A DNA stretch of 64,000 bases, from positions 15,562,001-15,626,000 of the forward strand of contig NC_087436.1 in the NCBI RefSeq assembly GCF_036321535.1. The letters run 5' to 3'. The position numbers were made by a program, and so were the translations under genes. The stretch is from Camelus dromedarius (lineage: Eukaryota). Below the pieces are notes generated by a model. That model was not told the DNA's origin, did not search any database, and was given only the letters and a program-made list of their open reading frames with translations. Position 1 is the stretch's first letter. The number at the start of each line of letters is the position of its first letter. This document shows positions 51,118-64,000 of this stretch, piece by piece.

Positions 51118-52285
51118 AAGATTCTAACTTGGTCTTGTTTCTCTCTCCTACCACCAGGCTATCGTGGATTTTGTTAACGTGAGGTTACCTTAGGATACGT
51201 AGGTTCCTGTTGCTCTTTTGTACTTGATTGTGCTGTGACCTTGGACAAATAACTTAGAGCCCTCCCCCCACTTGTGCATCTTTTGAAAGGGAATTATTCA
51301 TTCTACTCTCTACAAGTTTACTATGGAAAACATGCTTATAAACTTCAAGTTCTCATGTGTGATGTACGGTTCTTGAAGAGAGTCACAGTCATCCTTGGAC
51401 AAGTTTAAGGGCATTGAAAAGGAAATCTATAGAATCTGAACACAGTTTTCTGATTTTGTTGTTTGGCTGGGTGCCAGGTCTGAATCCTTCTCAGGGAATA
51501 AATAACTAGAAGCTGTGAAGGGAGGTGATTTTGTCCTTCCTCTGAAGCAGACATGCAGACTAGCAGTGGCATCACAGATGAGCTTATAAAGCACGCCAGG
51601 GCTGCTGCTTAGGATTCAGAGTTTTGTTTTCGCTACAGCTGCCTTCATTGTACCAGCGCGTTGTTTTCTCAAGAGACATCAATCAAGGAATCGCTATACT
51701 GGAAGAAAGCTAAGTGCTTTTTCTCTGAGAGCTAGCCAAGAACAAGGGGCACAGAAAATGTTTGCACAACATGTGGAGAATTCGTTTTTCTGGCAATAAA
51801 TATCGCCATTTCCAAATAGTCCTTTGAGCCCAGTAGAGAGCTGTTCACTAAAAACCTGGAAGGCCCTTCAGCAGGGGCCACCCATGTAAATGCTCCTTTC
51901 TTGTCTAGTCACCACCCCCCTTTATTTCCTCACAAGGACTCACCCTGAACACACACTAGGTCAGTGGAGATGACGAGCTAGCTGGAGATGATCAGGTAGA
52001 TTTGTGTTTCTCAGTTGAGGTATAACTCCTGCCAGTGGAGGGTGTGGTTTGTAAGTGGAATTCATTTGGAGTAAGGAGTGGTGTTGCGAGTTTTAAAATG
52101 TGCAGACTTGTATTTGAATACTGATTACTCTTAATTAGATGCTTAATAATGTGAAATGCCTAATGATCACAAACATTTTATCTTTTATGCTGTTCTATTC
52201 CTAATTCTTCTTTCTTCTTGTGGTATTCAACTTTCAAACATTTTGTGGTATTTCTCACTGTTTCTATAGCAATGGGACCTTTAAA

Positions 52286-52450
52286 CAGGGCTTCTCAAAC
52301 TTTCATATGCCTATAAATCACCTGGTGAGCTTGTAAAAATGAAGATCTTGATTTAGCAGGTTTTGGGTGGAGCCTGAGATTCTGCATTTCTACCAAGCCC
52401 CAGGTGTTGCTGCTGCGACTGGTCCCTGGACCACACTTTGAGTAACAGGG
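52286..52450. mobile_element. MER5A
   Basis: cagggcttctcaaactt...gcctgagattctgcatttcta...ggaccacactttgagtaaca. Confidence 0.85.
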
Positions 52451-53859
52451 CCCTCAGTTACTTCTACCTCAGTGCCAGAGTTCTCGGTGCTGGTTGAACA
52501 TCAGAATTGACTGGGGAGTTTTTAAAAAGATGTACACTCGTGACCTCACCCTCAGATTTCCTGATTAATTACCTTGGAATAGTTGTTGGAGAGCTGAAGT
52601 TTTGAAGTTCTATGTGAGGTGAGTGAGACTCATGGGTTTAGTGTCCTATTAAAAAACGTGATGTTGAGCAGTTTCAGTGCACTTTCTTTGTAATTTGAAC
52701 TGTAATGTTTCTCCATCATAAGTAATTCATGTTGTGATGCCTTTGAGTCAAGCAGAAGAAATAAGTGGAATCCACTGTGCATTTTATACACAGATTTTAT
52801 GCAGTCCTGCTATGATCCGTAGCCTAAAAAAACTCCACATAAAGAATGATGTAAGGAGCTATTGTTGATGTAATTGGAAAGCAATGTACATAATAGCTAC
52901 ATTCTTTCAGATTGCAAGGAATAGAGGCCTGTTATGCTAACCTTAGCTGATGGGAGGCTTACTATAAGGATACACTAGTAAGGTGGAAGACACAGGAAGT
53001 GGCCTCAGAAGTCATTTGGAAATAGGAGCAGTTCTAGGAAACTGACAGCAGAGTACACTCCTTTGCAAGTTGAGATGATGGTTATTCCTTATGTCACTGA
53101 CAACACCATTTTTGTGACTCAGTTTACCTCTATGTGCTTCCGTGGCTTCTGAACCTACTGAATAATTGGCCCTCTCTTGCTTTTCTTACAGTCAGCCTCC
53201 CCAAGAATGAGGACCCAAGTAGGTTGGCCAGCCACAGCCCTGCACAGAGCACCCTTTTTGGGCAGGTTCTCATGCTGGTTGACCTCAGAGGCCAGTGACA
53301 AACTATAGATAGCTACCTTTCCAGACCCATCCCTGGTCCCTTCTGGAGAAGGATGGTTGGTCTTGTGGTACCCACCTGGCTCCCTGCTCGCAAGAATTGA
53401 GAATCACCTGCGGCTGCTTCTGTCAGATGGGACTTGAGGTCTGGGGTGGTGGTCTGAGGTTTCTTAGAATGGAGAGCAGGTAAAAGTGGCAGATTCCATG
53501 CGTGACCTGAACACTCTTTCAGGAATGAGTTCCACGAGGGAAGATTTATTTCGTTCGTTGTTACAGCCCCGTAACTCAGAAGGGTGCCTGGCACATATGT
53601 TCAATACGTATCTGTCAGAATAGAATAGAATTTTTTAAAAAATGATGTGATGTTGTCTTTATTGTTCACTTGATCACATTTTATTCTAACCCGAATCCTT
53701 GTGGACCCAATGATGGAGAGTGACTTTCTACTCTGTCCGTGGCTCACCGAACCAGTATGTTCTAACGCACAAGAAATTTTCCTGTTGTCTTTTTGGTCTT
53801 AAGACCATTCAACGTTTGCCCCTTGGTGCTCTCCGTACAGCTGGCGGCAGGCTCTGGGC

Positions 53860-54480
53860 TAGGGGGGCAGCAAATGGATGTCAAGTCCAGCGCCGGGAGT
53901 CCTTCCTAACGGCCTCCCTTTAGCGTGTTCTTGGCCGCCGTGGCAGTGAAGCAGCCCCGCAGGGCCTGGAACCCTTGACAGCGCAGGGGTCCCCCCCCCA
54001 CCCCGGAGGCGGCCCCACCCCCACCCCCACCCCCGGAGGCGGCCCCCCCACCCCCACCCCCGGAGGCGGCCCCCCCCACCCCCACCCCCGGAGGCGGCCC
54101 CCAGGCTCCACGCGCAGCCGCAGTTGCTCCTTCTGAGCGTCTCGCGGCCACTCCTGGCCCGACGGCTCCGCCATCTTGGGTCTCTGTTGAATCGGACGTG
54201 AAGGTTCGAGTTTGGGTTTGGACGTCTGGCCATGCAAAGGAGGCTGCTTTTCAGGTAAAGAGAGAGAGTGGGAAGATGAGAGCCGCCGTTAGTTAGAGCA
54301 GCAGCTGCTGCTTAAAAAGCGCCAACCCCCCCTGTCTATGTGGAATGGGTGGAGGGTGGACATTGCCAGAGCTCTTTCTGAGGAGGGATGACCCGGCTGG
54401 TGACGCGAGCGCCAGGCCCAGCGCTGCTGACGTGCCCTGCCTGGGGACGAGGAGCTGGCCCGTTGACACCCTCCCCGGGA
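53860..54480. promoter_or_regulatory. second CpG-rich promoter-like element in intron 1
   Basis: Local CpG enrichment; YY1-type ccgccatcttg at 54168-54178; CACCC/GC boxes; donor-like CAG|GTAAAG at 54254/54255. Confidence 0.55.
53991..54102. repeat. C-rich minisatellite, 4 copies of ~27-30 bp (ccccggaggcggcccc plus accccc units)
   Basis: ggaggcggcc at 54005, 54035, 54062 and 54090. Confidence 0.93.
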
Positions 54481-54939
54481 AAGGGACAGTGATACCAAAC
54501 ATGTGGTATTAAACCTTAATTAGAGCGCGTTTGCTATTAGTATTAAATATCGGGGCCAGTAAAGTTATGTAGCAGTTGCGACAAAACTTGAGCGCAAGGA
54601 TTTTGTAAATCTCATCACCTCCTAGGTTTCCAGTGAATGTTTAATGAAAGTAATGAAGAATTGGGGGTTTTAATTCCAGTGTCCTGTAATCCTTTGCTGT
54701 GTTCGCTGAAAACTAGATTTCTTAACTCCTGCAGTAGGTTTTTACAAAGTACCAACCGTTTAGCACGTCTGAATAAAACATTTTATTTTTCAGTCACGAG
54801 TTAGTGCTTAACCTATGTCAGGAACTCGTGGAATCTAATAATCATAAAGTTGGTTTCCGTTTTTAAGATAAGAAAAATGGGGCAGAGAGAACTAGAGCTG
54901 GGACTTGAACCCCTGAGGTCTTTTTTTTTTTTCTCCTTT

Positions 54940-55709
54940 GATTTTTAAATTTACATACAACAAAGTTGTCTTCTTTTGGGTACAGAGGTCCGTGAGCTTA
55001 AATACAGGTGTAGATTCATGTGACCACCTCCATAGTCAGAATATAGAACAGTTTCATCCTCTTGAAATTCCTGTGCTACCCCTTGCAGTCAGACCTTCTC
55101 TACACCCTTAACCCCTGGCAACCACTGAACTGTTGTTCTGTCTCTAGTTTTGCCTTTTCCAGAATATGATACAAATGGAATTATTTCACCCAGCACACTG
55201 CTGTGCAGATTCATTCATGTTGTTCCGTGTATCAATAGTTTGTTCCGTGTTACTGCTGAATAGTACTCCATTGCGTGAATGCATCACAGTTTTTTATCCA
55301 TTTACCCCGAATGAAGGATGTTTAGGTTGTTTTCAGTTTTTAGTATTTATGAATAAGGTGCTATAAATATTTGTATACAGGTTTTTTGCATAAACATAAG
55401 TTTTTTATTTCTCTGGTTTAAGCACCAGGGTATTTGTTTGCTGGACCATATGTGTATATTTAACTTTATAAGAAACTGCCACACTGTTTTCCAGAGTGGT
55501 GCTTATACCATTTTGCATTATCATCAGCAATGAGTAAGAGTTCCAGTTGGTCCACATACTCACCAGTACTTGGTACTGTCAGGTTTTTCTTGTTTGTTTT
55601 TGTTTTAGCCTTTCTGATAGATGTGTAGTGATATTTCATTATGGCTTTGATGTGCATTTCCTTAGTGGATAACAATGTTGAACATCTTTTCATGTGGTTA
55701 ATTACCATC
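54940..55709 (-). mobile_element. L1MB/MD-like fragment
   Basis: aacccctggcaaccactga...gaaactgccacactgttttccagagtgg; host of the insert at 55725. Confidence 0.8.
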
Positions 55710-55724
55710 CATTAGGTCATCTTT

Positions 55725-56179
55725 TTATTTGCTTATTTCATTTTTCAGTTTTATTAGGTAGAATTGTTACAATTTGACTGCACATACACAATATATTGCA
55801 TGTAAATACATATACACAATATGCTGCACCTATTTTTTAAATTTACATATTTATATACTGTTCATTGTTTCTAAGAACGTTTAGAGCTTTAGCTTTTTAA
55901 ACTTACATAGTTATCAAAGAAATAAAACCAGCCACAAAATAAGAATTAATTCAAAAAGATACATACACCCTGCTATTAACAGCAACATTATTTATAAGTG
56001 CCAAGATATGGAAGCATCTTAAGTGCACATCAGTAGATGAATGGATAAAGAAGGTGCAGCATATATGTGTAATGGAATACAGCTCATCCATAAGAAAGAA
56101 GGATGTTTTACTACTTACGGCTCTTCATTCACTTTTTTTTTCTTCACTTCAAAAACCAGACTTTTATAACTGGCATAAA
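55725..56179 (-). mobile_element. 455-bp composite retro-insertion containing an opposite-strand L1 ORF2 piece
   Basis: Perfect 15-bp TSD cattaggtcatcttt at 55710-55724 and 56180-56194; T-rich left end; plus-strand ORF2-like segment ~55945-56110. Confidence 0.8.
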
Positions 56180-57498
56180 CATTAGGTCATCTTTGGTGAA
56201 GAATGAGGTCTGTTCTGCACCCTCTGGTACTGGTACTGGTACCAGGAAAGCAGGCTGTTATTTTCAAGGCTACCACTGAGCTAGAGAAAGGAGGATGGGA
56301 CCAGGGTAAGTTAAAATGCCACAAAGCTCACTACTCTAACCAAAATCCAGCTAGTTTTTCTTAAGTGTTTTACGGTACTTAAATGCATCAAGTGGTTGTT
56401 GCAAACTTTTGGTTAATTTTCAGAGTTCCAAAAAAGTTGATTCTGCCAGTTTTTAATTGCTTTTATGGAGGACAGACTTTTGGAGTTCTTTATTCTGCCC
56501 CACTGTCACTGATGTCACCCAAGTACAGATTTAAAAAAAGGAAAGACTGGTTGAGATTGTTGATCTTTTTATAAGCAAATAGGCCCAAGTTTTCCCAGTA
56601 AAATACCAAAAGAGAAGGTATGGATATTCTTAGGCATTTTTGAAGTATTCATGTATCCTACAGTAGCATTATCAAGGTATTTGAGGAGCCTCACTCATCT
56701 GGTTACAGTGCTGGGATCAAGACCTTCCATTTAAATCCTGCATAGGCAGCTTGCTTTTCTCAATTCTAGGCCACAGACAACCCCTAAACTGTCTGTTGCC
56801 TTTTAAAACATGATTTCTAAAGGGTATCTGGCCAGGGGAACCCATATTCCTCTTTGTTTTTAAAAGAATGACTCAGAGAAAGTAGCTTTATTGCAATGTT
56901 CTGTTATAAATTAGTCACGTATTAACACTGGGGAGTGGAATTGAGGAGGGCATGGAGTGTGTCACTTTATATACTTCTGTATTGAGTTTCCTCCAATGAA
57001 TATTACTTTGGAAATTAAAAGAAAGGAAAATAAATTTAAAATACCATATGAAATAATTGCCTGCTGGTCTAGTGTATTTTTTGTTTATTTTGTGATTTTT
57101 TTAAAAAAACTTGTTTTGCCTTAAGATAGGTTACTACTGTGATCAGAGCAAATGCTGTCCTGTTGATAAAAGAAATGATAACGTTTTGGAGGAAGTGATA
57201 GTAGTAAAATTGTGTTTCCTCTGAAGATCATTTTTGAAACACTGGCTAATTTATCATTCATTCACCTATTCCGTCTTATGACATTGAAAGCTGTTTAACT
57301 AATCAAAACCTACCCTTAGCATTCTCTGCCTTATTTTTTCCTGTGTATTTCATCTCCATCTTGTGACCCAGCAGAACCTATTCTAGAACATTACATTCAC
57401 AAGACCTGCATTTTAATGCTAAACTTGCCACTAACCAGCTGTCTGTCCTTGATTTAATCTCTCTGGGTGTCAGCTTCCTCATTGACAATATGAAGGCC

Positions 57499-57700
57499 AG
57501 GGGTCTGGAAACTGTAACCCTGTGGACCCAATCTGGCTTGCTGCCTGTTTTTGTAAATAAAGTTTTGTTGGAACACAGCCAAGCTCATTCATTTACATAC
57601 TATCCATGGCTGCTTTTGTATGATGTCTGCAGAATTGAGTAGTTGCAACAGAGTCCATGTGAGCCTGAAATAGTTACTGTTTAGCTCTATCAAGTTTTCT
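57499..57700. mobile_element. MER58A-like hAT MITE
   Basis: gcctgtttttgtaaataaagttttgttggaacacagcca...gcagaattgagtagttgcaacagag. Confidence 0.85.
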
Positions 57701-58479
57701 TTCAGGTTAAAAATTCTTTGTTTTAGTTTTGGATACTTGGCAACTATTTCTTTTTTGCTGTCAGATTGCCAGAAAAATTCAACTGAAAGAGAGGAAACAC
57801 AAATCACACATTGCTGTTTGTTAGACACCTACATCCATCCCAAGTCTGGCATATTCCGTTGTTGATGCTGTGGTTCCAACAATCTGTAAAGCTCAGTATC
57901 ATGTAACGGTTATATTCAACTGGTGAGCTACAGCTCAGCCTCACTTGTCTTCTTCATTCTGGGATCCTGGCGGGAGGAGCAATCCCTAACTGGGAAAAAG
58001 AGCAGTGGACAAACCATGTGCCAGCTTTTAAAACTTACGCTCAGAAGTGGCATATATTACTTCTATTCACATTTCTTTTGCCAACTTGATGTTAGTGATG
58101 CAGGAGGGTATAATCCTTCTGTAGGAGGCCCTGCAAGTCACCTGGTACCTTGAGTGGGTGGATAATCCTTCTGCAGGGAGGGCTGTGAAACACTGGTAAC
58201 AGCATCATCCACCACAGCCTTCTCAGAGGTTAGCTAGAGTGAGCAGACTGAAACTAATGGCAAAAACTTAGTTTTAGAATTCTTTGTGTATTGTATCTTT
58301 TATGAACTCTGTGCAACTAATAAGTAACTAGAAGTTGGCCCATTGAGCTTTTGGAATATATTCTAATTTTATCAACTTGCTTCTTTAATAAATACTATTG
58401 TAAAAATGTAATGTCTGTTTGGATTTCTTTTTTATACACTCTTGATGTGTTTAACTTAAAATTCTCATCCCTAAGTTAT

Positions 58480-58875
58480 CTTCTCCAAGGTTCCATATCT
58501 CACAGAATGATGCAACTCAGGTTGCCCAAGCCAGAAACCTGGTTGAAGTTCTCCCTTACCGTGACTACTTATATCCAATCAGTCAGTTACCAGAGTCTAT
58601 TGAATATATCCCATACCTAGCCCTTGACTCAGTCCTCTTCTCTCTATCCTCATGGCTACCATCCTGGTCCAGGCATCTCTCACCATTCATGACAGCCTTG
58701 TAACTAATTAGCCTCTCTACCTCCTGGCTTGTTTCTCTCTAGTCCATTCTCTACATAACCACCAAAGTGATTCATCTAAAATGCAAACTGATCATTTTAT
58801 TCCTCTGCATTAAAACCTTTCAGTGTCTTATTTTATCCTCCCCTTAAAGCTCAAAATTTCTTAGCATGGCCTTGC
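58480..58875 (+). mobile_element. L2 fragment
   Basis: atccaatcagtca...ctaccatcctggtccaggc...tctaaaatgcaaactgatcat...aaaacctttcagtg. Confidence 0.7.
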
Positions 58876-59775
58876 ACCTTTTTTCCTTTTTTTTTTTTCC
58901 TGAGTATCCCCAGGTCTGTCTTGTATATACTTAGTTTACGTTCATGGCTGGAATAACATAATCTTTCTTCTAGAAAGATTTTTCTAGAGCATATTTTATG
59001 AACTCATGTAGTATTTGGTAGATGTCTTTCACTTGTAGAGACACAACACTTGTTGAAAAGTACTGTGCAAAGCTGGCTGTGTGCAGGATTGAGCATGGTC
59101 CAATGGCAGGATGCTCTGCTCCCCCATCCTGATGTTCAGTGGATTGCTCCTTCTTCCAAGGGCTTGGCTAAGCCAGATGAGCTCCAACGAAAGGCTGGTC
59201 ACTTTGGTTTGTTTTACTTTTTCTGCGAACTGTTTTTAGAAGTTTAAAATGTACTCATTTTTGGAACTAGTCATTTATTGGACCTCTTTAAGTTAAGCTA
59301 ACATTTTTCTTTATGATACCAACTCAGCAGCTTCTGGACAAAAAGAATGTAAAACAAATGCATTTTTAAAAATATTATATCCTCTAGGTCTTTCATGTTA
59401 GCTCTCTGTTTCAGAAATAAAAATAGCTTCATTGAAGTCATAGGAGTACAGGCGATTTCTCCTAAAATCCAAACACTTGCCTTTGAAGACACTCTGGTGA
59501 TTTTAACTTTTCAGGCCAAAATGTTTTCATTATTTAAAATTCATTGACACAAACCTTCTTTGATCAACCAACTGCTATCCTTCCTTTTTATCTAGCTTAC
59601 TTACATGGAATTTTTAATAAAAGGGATCAGAAGTCTCAACTCTGAAACTTTGCAGTTGTTGTAACCACAGCTTTCTGTTATCATAAGCTAATTTTTAAAA
59701 GCAAGCTAATTAACGGGAAAAAAACCAGGTTTAAAAAAACTACATTTGTATAAACATTTTAAAAGGAGTCAGAGG

Positions 59776-60069
<294 letters not shown>

Positions 60070-60084
60070 AAAAGGAGTCAGAGG

Positions 60085-60390
60085 TATATTGCATTTCTTG
60101 GCTTGTGGCCCCTTTCTCCATCCTCAATGCCAGCAGCATAGTCTCTTTTCTCCTTCCATTCTTCTGTCTTCTGCACAGTCTCATAAACATCTCTGACTCC
60201 AGCTCTCCTGCATTCCTCTTAAAAAAGATTTGTGATTATATTAAGCCTACCCAGATAATCCAGGATAACCTCTGCATCTCGAAAATACTTAGCTTAATCA
60301 CATGTGCAGAGTTGCTTTTACCAGGTAAGGTAACATACTCACAGGTTCTGGGGTTAGACAGGGACATCCTTGGGGGCTGTTACTCTGCCT
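60085..60390 (-). mobile_element. MaLR LTR fragment (MLT1D/E-like)
   Basis: cccagataatccaggataa...taaggtaacatactcacaggttctgggg. Confidence 0.75.
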
Positions 60391-61946
60391 TTCTTTTGAT
60401 TTGATAGCCCAGTAAATCTGTTCCTCCTTCAGCCTTTGCCATTTTGTTTAATGGTATGGCTGTCCTCAGGCCAAAAACCTAGAAATCATTCTTGATTTCT
60501 CTTTTAAAATCCTTATCTTTTCCATCCTCCTATCCCAGCCATCCCTTTCCCCTCATTCCCACCACCCACATCCAATCCATTGAATCACATCCGAATTCAA
60601 TCTGAATGTTATCTCAGTTCTACTACCCTACTGTGTCTAGAATCTGTTCTCTTCTCACTAATTTCCACTAAAATCAGGATGCCTTTAGCATTTTGGAGCC
60701 TTAGGCCCTCTTCCTATCCTATTCTTTTTATGCCTGGGTGTTCATAGTTAATTATGGTACAAGACAGTGTGGGCTAGGTGTCATAAGAGTGGTAAAAAGA
60801 GCCATGGGACCAGACCCCAGTCACTTCATTCCAACCACATGGAGATAGGAAGTAAAGACTTGCATGGTAGAAGATGCTGGGGAGAGAATTTGAGTCAATA
60901 GAGGTAATTATCCTGAAAAGCAATTGAATTTCCCATTAAAGATTTCAGTCTTTTTTTTTCTTCTTATGACAGTGAATATTTCTTCTCATTTACTGATTGT
61001 AGGGGATAAAATTAATCTACTCTCTTCTTATTTTGAATGACTCCTTCCCTTTCCCTCCTTCCTGAAGAAGGAACATGTTTAACAAAATTCTCAGGCAGCT
61101 GATTTCTAGTATATAAATAAACTGAGCATAATCAGGCTTGGTATAGAGAATATTATAGCTTTAGAATGAAGCCAAGCATCTGAAAAGATAAAATACCTGT
61201 TGTTGAAATAATACAAGAATATATAATATCTACGTTTTGTTATTCTGAATCCTTTTTCTATAATATTGCTGTATTTGAGGGGTGACTTTACAATTTAGTG
61301 AAATAAAAAATGGGTGATTACTTTAAATAGTCTATTATATAAATAGAAGATCTGGAAATAACTGTATTTCCTCACTTTCAGGGAAGAAATTTTCTGATTG
61401 GATTTTCAACAACCTTAGCATATAGCTTTATTTGTTAAACGTGACCCTAGGAAATCCCACCTTAATTAAAATTACTCAAAACAAGAAAATGAAAATTGGA
61501 GCATATTAAAACCAGATATTCCAAGGAATAAACAATTCTGCAAATTAAAATAGGTTTTTAAGGCAGAACTGCTGTTGAGCCCCGCTCCAAAATAGAATAT
61601 AAAGATGTTCCTGTTAATTTCTTCTCATTTGGTCAGTGGTGGTGTCATGGACAAAATTCCTTACCAGTAAGTGTGACATTTTAGTTTTGTGAATACAAAT
61701 GTTTATTGATTTTTTTTGTCTTCTAGTAATGTGTCCTCCAGGTGCTATATTCATATATTGGGTTAAGTTTTGTATTTTGTGTTTTAGCAGTTGAAATAGA
61801 AAATGTATATAGTTGGTTTGAGCCTTTTTTGAAATATTGTCACAAGAATTATTTAGAGGATCTTTAGAAAGCCCTAAATATACTGCAGACTAGTTGTTTT
61901 TTGTTTAAGTGGGAGAAAAACTTCTTTGTTGTTGTTCTTGTTTTTT

Positions 61947-63714
61947 TATTCTCTATATATTTTTATTAAAGTATAGTCAGTTGACAATGTTGTGTCAATT
62001 TCTAGTGTACAGCGTAATGCTTCAGCCATACATTCATTTTCATATTCTTTTTCACCATAAATTACTACAGGAAATTGAATATAGTTCCCTGTGCTATACA
62101 GTATGAACTTACTGTTTATCTATTATATATATATATTAGTATCTGCAAATCTCGAACTTCCAATTTATCCCTTCCCACCCCTTTCCTCGCAGAACCATAA
62201 GGTTGTTTTCTATGTCTGTCAGTTTCTGTTTTGTAAATAGGTTCATTTGTCTTTTTTTGTTTTGTTTTTTCAGGTTCCACATGTAAGTGATATCATGAGG
62301 TATTTTTCTTTCTCTTTCTGTCTTACTTCACTTAGAATGACAATCTCCAGGTCCATCCATGTTGCTGCAAATGGCATTATTTTATTATTTCTTTATGGCT
62401 GAGTAGTATTCCATTGTATAAATATACCACAACTTCTTTATCCAGTTGTCTGTAGATGGACATTGAGGTTGTTTCCATGTCTCAGGTATTGTAAATAGTG
62501 CTGCTGTGAACATTGAGGTGTGTGTATTTTTTTGAATTAAGGTTCAAGAAGTGGAAAGACATCCCATGTTCTTGGATTGGAAGAATTAATATTATTAAAA
62601 TGGCCATACTACCCAAAGTAATCTACAGATTTAATGTGATCCCTATCAAATTACCCAGGACATTTTTCACAGAACTAGGACAAATAATCCTAAAATTTAT
62701 ATGGAATCACAAAAGACCCAGAATTGCCAAAGCAACACTGAAGAAAAAGAATGAAGCTGGAGAAATAACCCTCCCAGATTCAGACAGTACTACGGAGCTA
62801 CAGTAATCAAAACAGCATGGTATTGGTACAAAAAGAGACATATGGATAAATGGAACAGAATAGAGAGCCCAGAAATAAACCTGCAAACTTGTGGTCAATT
62901 AATCTTTGACAAAGGAGGAAAGAACATGGAATAAAGAAGTCTCTTCAGCAAATTCTGTTGGGAAAACTGGACAGCTGCATGTAAATCAATGAAGTTAGAA
63001 TACTCCCTCACACCATACACAAAAATAAATTCAAAATAAACACAAAAATACACTCAAAACTCAAAATAAACTTAAACATAAGACAAGACACTATAAACTT
63101 CTTAGAAGAAAACATAAGCAAAACATTATCTGACATAAATCTCAGCAACGTTCTCCTAGGACAGTCTACCCAGGCAATAGAAATAAAAGCAAAAATAATC
63201 TAATGAGACCTAATTAAACTTACAAACTTTTGCACAGCAAAGGAAACCATAAGCAAAACGAAACAACAATCTATGAAATGGGAGAAAGTGTTTGCAAAAG
63301 ATGAGACTGACAAGGGTTTAATTTCCAGAATATATAAACAGCTCATACAACTTAATAACAAAAAAACAAACAACCCAATCCAAAAATGGGCAGATGACCT
63401 AAACAAGCAATTCTCCAGTGAAGACATACAAGTGGCCAATAGGCAGATGAAAAAATGCTCAGTATTGCTAATTATCAGAGAAGTGCAAATCAAAACTACA
63501 ATGAGGTATTACCTCACAACAGTTAGAATGGCCATCATTCAAAAGTCCATGAATGATAAATGCTGGAGAGGGTGTGGAGAAAAGGGAACCCTCCTACACT
63601 ATTGGTGGAAATGTAGTTTGGGGCAGCCATTGTGGAAAACAGTTTGGACATTCCTCAAGACTAAAAATAGACTTACCATATGATCCAGCAATCCCTCTCC
63701 TGGGCATATATCTC
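61947..63714 (-). mobile_element. 5'-inverted (twin-primed) L1: minus 3' segment 61947-62545, inverted plus segment 62543-63714
   Basis: Antisense 3' UTR/ORF2 end joined to sense ORF2 ([18 protein letters not shown] ... [14 protein letters not shown]); TSD tgttctt(g/t)tttttt at 61933-61946 and 63715-63728. Confidence 0.92.
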
Positions 63715-64000
63715 TGTTCTTTTTTTTTAAACGGCTTTATTGAGATATAATTCGCATACCATATACTTCACCCATTCCCTGTTAGTTTTTAAAACCATTT
63801 CCTTGGGTCCTTTCAGTGTGTTTCTCAGATATTCACTGCCTCCTTTTCTAATCAACAGACAAATAAGTGGGTTGAGGTGTATAAGAGAAGGATTTTCCAA
63901 GTACAGAGGACAGATTAAGACCTTGAGGTAGAAATGGGATGACGGAATGAGAAGAATATTGCTGTGGGTAAGAAGGGAAAAAGCAAATAAGTAAGGTAGG

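Noticed and set aside
53991..54102. CRISPR-like repeat-spacer array
   Set aside because: Eukaryotic context; the spacers are themselves repeats, so it is a minisatellite.

Overview
Mammalian genomic DNA, most likely camelid (alpaca/llama/camel), inferred from four copies of a tRNA-derived SINE resembling Vic-1 and young L1s with a matching lineage-type 3' UTR. The window is mostly repeats: young and old L1, L2, MIR, MaLR/ERV LTRs, hAT MITEs and microsatellites. The only host-gene coding sequence I can support is a first coding exon in a CpG island (43839-43950, + strand, MAEGRRREDEDEELRERRELGGPRRARGRALSGHSAA, then CAG|GTGAGG). I recognise it from memory as the N-terminus of the long isoform of SH3D19, so the rest of the window would be intron 1. 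I found no multi-gene novel system. The best observations are retrotransposition by-products with readable target-site duplications (TSDs): a U6/L1 chimera, an unidentified ~275-bp tailless insert that splits an old L1, an internally primed 74-bp L1 fragment, a twin-primed inverted L1 and a composite 455-bp element. Also notable are a second intronic CpG-rich promoter-like element with a G4-forming VNTR, a candidate TATA-driven small spliced transcript ~11 kb upstream of the gene, and a (GA)61 expansion inside a SINE. Repeat subfamily names are from recall of consensus sequences, not a database search, and boundaries of old repeats are approximate.
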